From: Scyliorhinus canicula
Taxonomy: Eukaryota
Assembly (NCBI RefSeq): GCF_902713615.1
Contig: NC_052156.1
Coordinates: 141,898,404 to 141,962,403, forward strand
Length of the DNA stretch: 64,000 nucleotides
Reading direction: 5' to 3'
Shown here one piece after another: positions 49,404 through 60,270 of this stretch. The notes beneath the pieces are model-generated. The model saw nothing but the letters and a program-made list of their open reading frames with translations, did not search any database and was not told where the DNA came from. Both the position numbers and the translations under genes were made by a program. Each line of letters starts with the position of its first letter. Position 1 is the stretch's first letter.

Positions 49404-50279
49404 CTGATAAATTGCCCTTAGTGTCCAAAATTGCCCTTAGTGTTGGGTGGGGTTACTGGGTTATGGGGATAGGGTGGAGTTGTTGACCTTGGGTAGGGTG
49501 CTCTTTCCAGGAGCCGGTGCAGACTCGGTGGGCTGAATGGCCTCCTTTTGCACTGTAAATTCTATGATTCTATGATTTAAAAGTTGGCTCTGACATGGCA
49601 GCTGGGTTTTCCACTTGGGAGTCTAATTCACATTACTATTGGCCCCTGACCCAGGAAAATGGATTAGGGTTGAAACGATGGGAAAAGGTTTCATCCCATT
49701 TCTGCTATGCTACAAAGGAAAAATAAAGTCCCAAATCAGCAGGGGCAAGGGTACCCCACCCTGTTTCTACTCAAAATGCACACATATGACATAATCAGAA
49801 GTGCAGAAGAAGGCCATTCGGCCCATTAAGTCGGCACCAACCTTCCAAAGAGCACCCTACCCAGACCCACACCCCTCCCTATCTCAGTAACCCCTTTTGG
49901 ACACAAAGGGTCAATTTACCATGGCTAATCAACCTAAACCTGCACATCTTTGGACATATGCAACTCCAACAAAGGATGCTGGGATGGCAATTATAATCCA
50001 TAGTCCTTTCCTCTTCTTATCCTGGGTTGCTGAAGTCAGCTTCTATGGCTCCTGCTGTTGTCCCAGCTGAAATCAGCCAACTCAGCAGTCAGAGGAACTT
50101 CTTAAGGAGTCCTCATTTTCTTGTCATCTGTACAGAAGTCCAGATGTGTGGAAATAAGGACCCTCATCGATTTAGGAGCCACACCCTGGTCGGTGATTAA
50201 GGAGCTACATACTAAGCCGTAATGTACTGCATGGTCTCGCGAATATCTGATATCATGCGTTGCATGTTTTAGAAAATAA

Positions 50280-51613
50280 TGTTTGGTTTAGAGACTGAAT
50301 ATCAAATGTGGATAAATCGCACTTGGGTTTGGAAATCTTCAAAGTATCTGACGCCACGATGCCCGAAAGAAGCATGATGACATTTTCCACAAAGAATTGT
50401 GCCAGATTAAGTCACCTCTTAAGTAAGAGGTGACTTAATAGAGGCATACAAAATGATCAGAGGGTTAGATAGGGTGGACAGCGAGAGCCTTCTCCCGCGG
50501 ATGGAGGTGGCTAGCACGAGGGGACATAGCCTTAAATTGAGGGGTAATAGATATAGGACAGAGGTCAGAGGTGGGTTTTTTACGCAAAGAGTGGTGAGGC
50601 CGTGGAATGCCCTACCTGCAACAGTAGTGAACTCGCCAACATTGAGGGCATTTAAAAATTTATTGGATAAGCATATGGATGATAAGGGCATAGTGTAGGT
50701 TAGATGGCCTTTAGTTTTTTTTTCCATGTCGGTGCAACATCGAGGGCCGAAGGGCCTGTACTGCGCTGTATCGTTCTATGTTCTATGTAAGTGCGTAAAA
50801 ACCACGATGTAGGTCAATCAGGATTCGACACCCAAGTTCTTCAAAGCCAGACTAGCATCATAAACATTGCATCAGAAGGTTGAAGCAGAGCTAAAAAGAT
50901 TGCAAAAGCTGGGTATAATCAAGCTGGTTTAGCTTTCAGAATGGATGCTGCTGATAGTCCCGGTTCTTAAATGTGATCTGCTGATAAGGATTTGTGGGGA
51001 CTGTAAGCCGACAACAAATCAAGCTGTCCAGGTCGATCGGTATCCCAGAATTGAAGACCTCTACACCAAACTGGTGGGGGCCTCACCTATTCAAAATTGG
51101 ACCTCAGTCACGCCTACATGCAACTAGAGTTGGATGTGGTGTCTCAGAGGTTTGCTACAATCAATACCCACAAAGGCTTCTTCCAGTATAACAGACTGCC
51201 ATTCAGCACTGCTTCAGCCTGTGTTATCTTCCAGCGCACGATGGAAAATCTCCTTCAGGGAATTCCCTTGGTGAAGGTTTACCTTGATGACATGCTAGTC
51301 ACTGGTATTTCACCAGAAGAACACGTGGCCAGCCTAGAGGAAGTATTAAAGAGGTTTTGTGATGCAGGGATCTGCCTAAAATGTGAAAAATGTACTTTTC
51401 AGGCCTCAGAGGTGACGTACCTAGGATTTGATGCCAATTGGGAGTATGTGGGGGGCCCTGGGAGCAGGACCCAGGGCAGTGTCGACCAGGGAGCAGAAGT
51501 GTAAAGACCTGTTGTATGATGTTCTGTGCCTGTTATCTAACTGCTTTTGCCTTTCATCAATAAACCACTTGTTTATTACTGGAAGCCTCTAGTGTATGTC
51601 TCAAGCCACCACA
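50280..51613 (+). mobile_element. Ty3/Gypsy LTR retrotransposon remnant (pol RT plus probable partial 3' LTR), interrupted by a CR1 fragment
   Basis: PKFFKAR, KVEAELKRLQKLGII, IRICGD, YPRIEDL, DLSHAYMQL, TINTHKGFFQYNRLPF, VYLDD, EKCTF..VTYLG. Then an AATAAA-containing segment ending in CCACA. Confidence 0.88.
50413..50787 (+). mobile_element. CR1 3' fragment with 5-bp TSD (TAAGT) and inverted 5' junction
   Basis: RGDLIEAYKMIRGLDRVD..TRGHSLK..FFTQRVV. Tail of two TTCTATG units. TAAGT at 50408-50412 and 50788-50792. Confidence 0.9.
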
Positions 51614-51679
51614 TAAATAAAGGGGTTACCTAGTAGAGCCATTAATTCTATTAGAGATATAAATTATTCATGTGTGGTT

Positions 51680-51868
51680 GGCGGCATGGTGGCACCGTGG
51701 TTAGCACTGCTGCCTATGGCGCTGAGGACCCAGGTTCGTTCCTGGCCCTGGGTCACTGCCCGTGTGGAGTTTGCACATTCTCCCCGTGTCTACGTGGGTT
51801 TCTCCCCCCAAACCCCAAGATGTGCAGGTTAGGTGGATTGGCCATGCTAAATTGCCCCTTCAAAAAAA
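51680..51868 (+). mobile_element. HE1-like V-SINE, short form
   Basis: Same head and V-domain as 880-1110. Confidence 0.82.
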
Positions 51869-52049
51869 ATTTTTTATTCATGTGGGTCACATAATGAATG
51901 CGATATTTTTCAGGTAAAATATAATTTGCTTACATATTTAGTTGGAGCAACCAAATTATTCCACATTGCTATGGGGAGATGGGCTATGGGGGTTAGGGAG
52001 ATTTCTTTGTTTTAATATATCTCTGTGAGTACATCACTGAAACAGGCAG

Positions 52050-52924
52050 TCAGCAGTCAATTTATTTAGAGCTAGAAGGTGGTAGAACTGCCAGCAGCTG
52101 TGGGAGCAGACTGGGAAAAATCAGACTGTGCCTGTTCACATGCTGGGCAAGAAGGTTAGTTAGGCAAATTATTATCGAAATGGAAACCGGATTTAAAATA
52201 CATCTGGGCAGAGGGATCTGGGTGTCTTTGTTCATGAATCGCAGAAAGTCTGTATACAGGTACAAAATGTCATAAGAAAGGCAAATGGAATGTTAGCGTT
52301 TATTGAAAAGGACTGGAGTATAAGAGTAGAAAAGTATTACTGCAATTGTATAGGATGTTGGGTGAGACCACATCTGGAGTCCTGTGTCTAGTTTTGGTAT
52401 CCTAAAGTGAAGAAGGATGTAGTGGCACTGGAAGCAGTTCAGAGGAGGTTCAGATTGATTCCAGGGATGAAGGGGTGATTCTGGGGGGAAAGGGATTGAC
52501 GTATGAGGACAGATTAAACAGTTTGGGCTTATACTTCCTGGAGTTTAGAAGGATGAGTGGGGATCTGATCAAGGGATATAAAGTACTAAAAGGGATTGAT
52601 AAAATAAATGTAGACCAAATGAACCCCTTGTAGGGAAATATAGAACAAGAGGTAACAGATATAGACTGAGAGGCGGTAGATATAAAACTGAGATGAGGAG
52701 GCACTACTTCGCAGAGGGTGGTGAATTTGTGGAACTCGCTGCGGTGGAGTCCGAATCATTAAATGTTTTCAAGAGGGAGATAGATATATTCCTGATGAAA
52801 AACGGGTTAAAGGGATATGGGGAACAGGTGGCGTTGAGACCAGGAAGAGGTCAGCCATGATCTGATTGAATGGCGGAGCAGGCTTGAAGGGCTGAATTGC
52901 CTACTTCTGCTCCTAATTCCTATG
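52050..52924 (+). mobile_element. Degenerate CR1 3' fragment
   Basis: QRDLGVFVHES, IRKANGMLAFI, RPHLE. 3' UTR AGCCATGATCTGATTGAATGGCGGAGCAGG..CTCCTAATTCCTATG. Confidence 0.85.
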
Positions 52925-52984
52925 AAGCATAGAGGCCATTAGGAACCTTGGGTGTTCCCGATTTTTAAAAATCAGTGAGGCTCT

Positions 52985-53303
52985 CTGTGTGGAGTTTGCA
53001 CGTTTCCCTCCCTCCGGGTGCTCCGGTTTCCTCCCACAGTCCAAAGATGTGCAGGTTTGGTGGGTTTAAGGGGATAGGGCGGGGCAGTGGGCCTAGGTAG
53101 GGTGCTCATTCAGAGGGTCGGTGCAGACTCGATGAGCCATAGAATCCCTATAGCGCAGAAGGAGAGAACATGCAAATTGGGAGAGCAAGCAAACTCCACA
53201 CAGACAGTCACCCAAGGTGTGGGTGACTGAATAGGGCCCCTGGCACTGTGAGGTAGCAGTGCAACCGTGCCGCCCGAATGGCCTCCTTTTGCACTGTAGG
53301 GAT
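52985..53303. mobile_element. HE1-like SINE (+) with a nested, deleted inverted SINE copy (about 53138-53274)
   Basis: The + strand tail GACTCGATGAGCC..GAATGGCCTCC is split by a - strand head/tail fragment. Confidence 0.7.
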
Positions 53304-53916
53304 TGAGAAAACCACATTCATAAGATTTTGAAGGATTGTTTAGCCAACAGCTAATGGAAGGGTGCCCATGAAATCTTATACCTCGGAGAATAGTTAGAAC
53401 ACTGGGGATAAATCAATGTGAATTTCAGAGAGTTGTGGCACACTTGGTATGGTCCCAGAAGGAGAAGCAAATGAAACCTCAAAATCTTGTAAAGTATAAG
53501 GGAACTCTTGGTATAAGGGAATTGGGAAGTAAAATGAGGATCTGGATTTATACTCTAAGTCGATAAACTATAGTGTTAATTTGCTTTGTTTCATTTTTTG
53601 TCTAAAAATGTGAAATCGTGCGATGTAGTTCTTTCCGTTAATCACGGGCGTTCAATTTCTCTTTAAACGCTAGAATGTCTGCTGAGATCATAACAATAGT
53701 TAAACAGTCAGTCAACACACATAACCCAAGATTCACACATGCGGAATTCTGCTTGGATGAAATGGTAAAGATTGCAACTGCCATTTAAAACTTTTACTTC
53801 CTCTGTATCCAAGATAAATGATACGAAAGTTAATGTACATGACGACCAAACATCAAAATATACTTTCTACCATGAGTTCAAAAGTTTAGTAACACTTTGA
53901 TAGGCAAAGTACTTAC

Positions 53917-54031
53917 CTCATTGGCTAAAGCAAATGTTCCCCAGTGTATTCCTACGGACTTCCTTGCTTGGACATCTATATGGATTCTCACAGCCTCCTC
54001 TGGGTTCACGTGGTTATATTTCATAAACCAT
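53917..54031 (-). CDS. NAPEPLD: NAPE-PLD penultimate coding exon (115 bp)
   Basis: Acceptor tctgtctctgctcag|, reads (R)[38 protein letters not shown], donor GAG|gtaagt. Phases fit both neighbouring exons. Confidence 0.97.
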
Positions 54032-54309
54032 CTGAGCAGAGACAGAAACATAGATTGGCCTCAAAGTGAACAGAAGCTGCATATTTCTGAATAAAATACA
54101 GTGAGGTGTTGCATCCCTGCTTCCTATTAGACATAAACTTAATCACTTGTATTAGAGAGAGTGACAGAGAAACAGAGGAAGAGACAAGAGACAGAAACAG
54201 ATTGGTCAGTGCATGTACAAACTTTAAATTGTTATCTACACACTAATTCTCAACTTTTTAAACCTCAGTTGCCTACGTACTAAAACTAAACTGACCAACA
54301 TTATCTAGT

Positions 54310-54540
54310 TTGTGGGTGACTGCAGTGTTGTTTGCCCACTCAGCACCAGATTTGCAAGCCACTCTCGATCTCTTCAGTACCGTATACAAGAAACACAGCC
54401 GGTTCTTGAATATTGCCAAAACAAAATTCAAATCATCCCCCACCTGGTCCGTCAAATATTCCACCTCCCATTTATTTTGAAGGAAAAGCTCTGGAATATG
54501 TTGAGCCCTTGGCAGCCACCTCTCTCAAAAGACCATGACT
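54310..54540 (+). mobile_element. RTE-clade RT fragment
   Basis: AHSAPDLQATLDLFSTVYKK..LNIAKTK, homologous to AHSEAELQTIVDEFTEVYEK near 3230. Confidence 0.7.
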
Positions 54541-54562
54541 GACAAGGACACCCAACTGTTAC

Positions 54563-54657
54563 AATAATAATAATAATAATATCGCTTATTGTCACAAGTA
54601 GGCTTCAATGAAGCTACTGTGAAAAGCCCCTAGTCGCCACATTCTGGCGCCTGTTCA
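54563..54657 (-). mobile_element. 3' tail of the short SINE family
   Basis: (AAT)n then CGCTTATTGTCACAAGTAGGCTTCAATGAAG..GAAAAGCCCCTAGTCGCC. Confidence 0.8.
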
Positions 54658-54898
54658 GCCTTCTACAAACTACAGTAGTGATTGCTTGACAACAAAGACC
54701 TCCGAAAAGTCCTCGTGGCTGAGCAGTTGCTGTCACTGCACTCCTGTGTAACTGCATATGTTACCCTCAAATCAAGAGACAGCTGATGACAGATTTGCAG
54801 CATAACTTTGCTTGGTTTGCATTTGATATTCCCAGAATTCTACTAAATAAATAAGCAACGTGGAGATTTCAGGAAAGTTCACTGCTGCCCTAATAGAG

Positions 54899-55631
54899 CA
54901 GTCATTTTCAAAGTTAGGGTCGCGACCTGCGGGAAGGTATCGGGAGGGTCTTAGAGCCATCCATCGCGGTGTGCCCGATCGCGGGAATTAATACACAATA
55001 GCCGCCGCTGCCAGCTTTTAGAAATGCCGGCTGCAAACGGCTTTAAAACTGATGACTGCGACCGGCCATACTGTGCATGTGTACCCGCTCATCAGTGCGC
55101 AAGCCCGGAGTCCAGCAAGAAACACAGCTTCCTCCTGACAGCAGCGCGCTGACCCAGGAGAAGATTTTTTTTTTATTCGATGTAGTCTTCCTGCCTGAAG
55201 CAATGGCAGAGATCAGGTCACACGCCCCGAACACTGACGTCACGTGCTCTGGGCGCGATTGTGATTCCTCCATTTTGTCAGCAGCAAACGAGCAACAGGA
55301 CTGTAAAATGTAAAATGGATCCTTTTGTAAAAAGGAAGAGAAGGCCAGAGATCTCACAACTAAACCTGCTAGAGAGAGCGGCTCAGGAGAATCCACAACA
55401 GATTAGTGCAGGTGTGAACTCCAGGGCCTCTGATGAACAATCCATACATAAATGTAGCATTGAATGACAAAGCAAGTGAAATCGTGAGGACCAAGCAGGC
55501 TCACCTGTCGCATTAAAGGGAAGCAAAAATGGTGGGTCACGAAGGTCGGCCAACGTGGGTCGCACAGCCGGCCGGCATGTGTCCAAAGGTTGGCAAAATG
55601 GGTCCCCGGGAAAAAAGTTTGAAAAATACTG
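54899..55631 (+). mobile_element. Non-autonomous hAT (Charlie-like) DNA transposon with 8-bp TSD
   Basis: TIRs CAGTCATTTTCAAAGTT / AAGTTTGAAAAATACTG. TSD TAATAGAG (54891-54898) vs TAATGGAG (55632-55639). Possible transposase N-terminal stub MDPFVKRK. Confidence 0.82.
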
Positions 55632-55859
55632 TAATGGAGGCCCAAATGCACCCGTCTTGCTCCATACGTCCTTAAGTTCTTAAAGAGTCACTCTTCTTTG
55701 AGCCAAGCACATACTTGCCACCACTGGTCCCATGAAGTAATTAAATGAACATCTACACTTATCCCTCCTATCATCAATAAAGAATTATAATAAACAAACA
55801 TGTAAAATGACCTCCATGGCATATAGAAAAATATGCATTTATATAGTATGTTATAACGA

Positions 55860-55972
55860 GTGCTGCACTCTCTCAGCATTGCACTATCAACCTAGAATTT
55901 GTGCTCAATTATCTGGAGTGGGATTGAATCCACAAACATCTGACTCAGAAGTCAGTTCTACCAACTGAGCCA
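55860..55972 (-). mobile_element. DeuSINE-like 5' fragment
   Basis: GTGCTGCACTCTCTCAGCATTGCACT..CCTAGA..GTGCTCAA..GGAGTGGGATTGAA..TCTGACTCAGA resembles a recalled Deu-SINE head. Weaker relics near 9905-10010, 28375-28440 and 28650-28680. Confidence 0.55.
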
Positions 55973-56144
55973 GGGCAATGATGAAATGGAGTCTCTCACA
56001 GTCAAAAAGAAAATTATTAAAGGCACAGAGAGAAAAACACAGGTAAAGGGATTTAAAGCTCCAAGGTGAAGCTTGCAATGGTCATAATATGGTGAGCCTC
56101 TTTTGTGCTGGAATTTCCGTGATAAAGCATGGTATTTATACTTA

Positions 56145-57429
56145 GGCAGCACGGTTTTGTGAAGTTAATGTCTCACTAACTTGCTAAGAGTCTTTTGAGG
56201 AGGTCACAAAGATGATCGATGCAGGTAGGTCAGTGGATGTTATCTATATGGACTTCAGTAAGGCCTTTGACAAGGTCCCTCATGGTAGACTGGTACAAAA
56301 GGTGAAGTCACACGGGATCAGGGGTGAGCTGGCAAGATGGATACAGAACTGGCTAGGTCATAGAAGGCAGAGAGTAGCAATGGAAGGGTGCTTTTCTGAT
56401 TGGAGGGCTGTGACTAGTGGTGTTCCGCAGGGATCAGTGCTGGGACCTTTGTTGTTCGTAGTATATATAAATGATTTGGAGGAAAATGTAACTGGTCTGT
56501 TAGTAAGTTTGGAGACGACACAAAGGTTGGTGGAATTGTGGATAGTGATGAGGACTGTCAGAGGATACAGCAGGATTTAGATCGTTTGAAAACTTGAGCG
56601 GCGAGATGGCAGATGGAGTTTAATCCGGACAAATGTGAGGTAGTGCATTTTGGAAGGTCTAATGCAGGTAGGGAATATACAGTGAATGGTAGAACCCTCA
56701 AGAGTATTGACAGTCAGAACGATCTAGGTGTACAGGTCCACAGGTCACTGAAAGGGGCAACACAGGTGGAGAAGGTAGTCAAGAAGGCATATAGCATGCT
56801 TGCCTTCATTGGCCGGGGCACGGAGTATAAAAATTGACAAATCATGTTGCAGTTGTATAGAACCTTAGTTAGATCACACTTGGAGTACAGTGTTCAATTC
56901 TGGTCTCCACACTACCAAAAGGATGTGGAGGCTTTAGAGAGGGTGCAGAAGAGATTTACCAGGATGTTGCCTGGTATGGAGGGCATTAGCTATGAGGAGA
57001 GGTTGAATAAACTCGGTTTGTTCTCACTGGAACGACGGAGGTTGAGGGGCAACCTGATAGAGGTCTACAAAATTATGAGGGGCATAGACAGAGTGGATAG
57101 TCAGAGGCTTTTTCCCAGGGGAGAGGGGTCAATTACTAGGGGGCATAGGTTTAAGGTGTGAGGGGCAAGGTTTAGAGTAGATGTACGAGGCAAGTTTTTT
57201 TTACACAGATGGTAGTGGGTGCCTGGAACTCGCTGCCGGAGGAGGTGGTGGAAGCAGGGACGATAGTGATGTTTAAGGGGCATCTTGACAAATACATGAA
57301 TAGGATCGGAATAGAGGAATACGGACCCCGGAAGGTCAGAGGGCTTTAGTTTAGACGGGCAGCATGGTCGGCACAGGCTTGGAGGGCCGAAGGGCCTGTT
57401 CCTGTGCTGTACTGTTCTTTGTGCTTTGT
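56145..57429 (+). mobile_element. 5'-truncated CR1 (RT to 3' end), disrupted
   Basis: MDFSKAFDKVPHG, GVPQGSVLGPLLF, MEFNPDKC, VRSHLEYSVQFWSP. CR1 tail GGGCCGAAGGGCCTGTTCCTGTGCTGTACTGTTC. Confidence 0.92.
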
Positions 57430-57808
57430 ACTACTGATACATTTATTTGAATTTACCAGACCGTTTACAAGTCAGAGTGGCTAGACTATAAAACAAGAGA
57501 GATTAGAAATGCTAGACTATAAAAGAAGTGGGATTAGTCAGTACACTGCGAGTACTGGTCAGAATTCACAGCTTACTGTTTAGTATAAGATCCAACTGAT
57601 GATAAACGTTTCAAAATACTCCACTCTGCGGACTGAACAAACTTTAGATACGTTTCGGTGACTGCATGCCGTCATTTGAAATTCCTCTATGTTAGCATGA
57701 AAGTAATCTGCAAGGTACATAAAAATAAAAATATACCAAAGCATGCAGAGAGAAAAAATAAACCTATGCAGCTGCTGCGAATGTCATCATTATAAGCACT
57801 GAGGAGAA

Positions 57809-57811
<3 letters not shown>

Positions 57812-57842
<31 letters not shown>
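57812..57842. repeat. Poly-G homopolymer (about 31 nt)
   Basis: Directly visible. Shorter G or C runs near 1290, 20445, 38720-38775, 39190 and 45613. Confidence 0.9.
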
Positions 57843-57843
<1 letters not shown>

Positions 57844-59260
57844 GGAGAGTCAGTGGGAGGAACTCCAAAACTCATATCACAGGACCAAAGAACATTTTTC
57901 TTTCTTTGTCTGGAATCAAGGAAAATTAGCAAATCAGATAGATTGGGAGTTAAAATGGCCAGTCATAATTGTTCCTGTTTATCTTTCAGCTCTGGTATGT
58001 GCACCAGGAGGGCACAGGAGTAGGCCACGGTCTGGATAAATCACGTCTTGGCCTACGGTGGCAATTTCTGCTCATTCTTGCAGGAAATTATGTTGCTGTC
58101 TTCCCGTCAGAAGGTCAGTGATACAAAAAAGGTTGAGGTGATGGGACTTCATATGCTGGTGTTATCCATTCTCTCTAGCCCTCTGAGACCTGGTATAAAG
58201 TTGGAGACTGCTGCATCCTGTGGAATAAGGTGCACTGGTTTCCGGAAAGGGAGAGCGGACTTTCCAGGGGGCCAGAGTATGGAAGTGGCCTGGACTTTGG
58301 AAGAAGGGCCACCCTAGAAATTAAGCTGCACAACACCCATTTTGGGATGTTAAATAATCTCCTCACCATTGATTATGACATATAGGAAGCACACCACCCA
58401 TTATGAGACAACAATAAACTCTTGGCCATTTTGATAAAGGCCAAAGGAATTGGCACACAGTGGATGTGTGGGGCCCCAAGTACGGCAGATCCCCCACCCC
58501 AGCTCCACTTTCCACCCAATGATCAATTTCCAAAATTCATAGGTGTTTCTGTCCCTTTAGAAGTTGCTCACGGTTCTTCTGGTGAAGCAGCAGTGGTACT
58601 GATGCAGTAGGAGTGGTAAATGTGCTCTGCCTTGGCAACAGGAATTCAGTCTAACATCTGCCCTGCATCCTCAATGACCCCTAAACAGATTGGTGATCCA
58701 GCAACGTCAAAGCTGTCGCTGGAAACAGAATCCTAGCGCTTGACTCTTACAGAACATGTAGGATGAAGCAGGACAGTTTTTTGTTTCTGCTTCTCTGTGT
58801 CAGCAGCACCCCAGGGAATGGTGACACTACTGGGACTGCACTTGAGAGAATGCTACTGAAGCAGGCAGTCCTCCCAAACATGTGGGTGGAGTCTGGGGGT
58901 GCTGCTGGCTGGTATGGGATGCCACCGAGGCAGCCAGTGACATGGGGGTTTCTCCACCATGCACCACAAAGTGCCCGAATAGGAAGGTCCAACCCGAGCC
59001 CGCAACGGGACAGCCAGGGTTCATCAGGCGGTCTCCTTACGTGGCAGAGGGGCCCAAGCATTGCTGGTAAAAATCATAGTGGCAGGAAGAGACCTTGAAT
59101 GAGCAACTTACGTGGTTGAGTTGACTTCTGGGTGGGAATGCCATCTTCTACCTTCCTCACCAATAGTAAAATTATATTGTGGCAGGAAGATGATGGGCAC
59201 TCCACTTCCGACCTTCCCTCGCCATTTTACAACTTACCACCACCCTCCCCACCCGTCCAG

Positions 59261-60270
59261 ATTTGATTGATTGATTGTCACATGTACCAAAGTACAGTGA
59301 AAAGTATTTTTCTGTGGCCAAGGGGACGTACACAAAAAGTAGACAAAAAGAATAATCGATAAATAGTTAATTGGTTACAATGCGGAAGAAGGGTGAAACA
59401 AAGCAAATACATGAGCAAGAGCAGCATAGGGCGTCGTGAATAGTGTCCGACAGTGAACAGATCAGTCCGAGGGAGACTCATAGAACAGTACAGCACAGAA
59501 CAGGCCCTTCGGCCCTCAATGTTGTGCCGAGCCATGATCACCCTACTCAAACTCACCCTATACCCGTAACCCAACAACCCCCCCTTAACCTTACTTTTAT
59601 TAGGACACTACGGGCAATTTAGCGTGGCCAATCCACCTAACCCGCACATCTTTGGACTGTGGGAGGAAACCGGAGCACCCGGAGGAAACCCACGCACACA
59701 GGGGGAGGACGTGCAGACTCCACACAGACAGTGACCCAGCCGGGAATCGAACCTGGGACCCTGGAGCTGTGAAGCATTTATGCTAACCACCATGCTACCC
59801 TGCTGCCCCTCGTTGAGGAGTCTGGTAGCTGTGGGGAAGAAGCTCTTCCTATGTCTGGATGTGCAGGTCTTCAGACTTCTGTATCTTCTACCTGATGGAA
59901 GGGTCTGGAAGAGGACAAAGCCTGGGTGGGAGGAGTCTCTGACAATGCTGTCTGCCTTCCTGACGATCAATGGGAGGGTGGCGAGCTTGTGTGATGCATT
60001 GGGCTGAGTTCACCACACTCTGCAGTTTCTTGAGTTCTTGGACCGAGCAGTTGCCATACCAAGCTGTGATGCAGCCGGATAGGATGCTCTCTATGGCACA
60101 TCTGTAGATGTTTGTGAGAGTCGATGCAGTCATGCCGAATTTCTTTAGCTTCTGTAGGAAGTGGAGACGTTGGGCTTTCTTGACTGTTGCATCAATGTGA
60201 GTGGACCAGGACTGTTGGTGATGGTGACCCCCCCAGGAGCTTAAAGCTATCGACCATCTCCACTTCGGAG
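59261..60270 (-). mobile_element. Rex1/Babar-type LINE 3' fragment, interrupted by an HE1 SINE
   Basis: LTNIYRCAIESILSGCITAWYGNCS, DSSHPGFVLFQTLPSGRRYRS..SFFPTATRLLN. Tail CTTTTCACTGTAC..GTGACAAT followed by CAAT repeats. Confidence 0.85.
59480..59808 (-). mobile_element. Full-length HE1-like V-SINE with CR1-derived tail
   Basis: Tail (59480-59530) nearly identical to the CR1 3' end at 15434-15485. CTC duplicated on both sides. Confidence 0.9.

Noticed and set aside
57812-57842. Poly-G tracts as functional G-quadruplex elements
   Set aside because: Most such runs lie in repeat-derived DNA, homopolymer length is error-prone in assemblies, and nothing indicates function.
58020-59100. Possible LINE or transposase relic
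   Set aside because: Too degraded to assign any motif with confidence.
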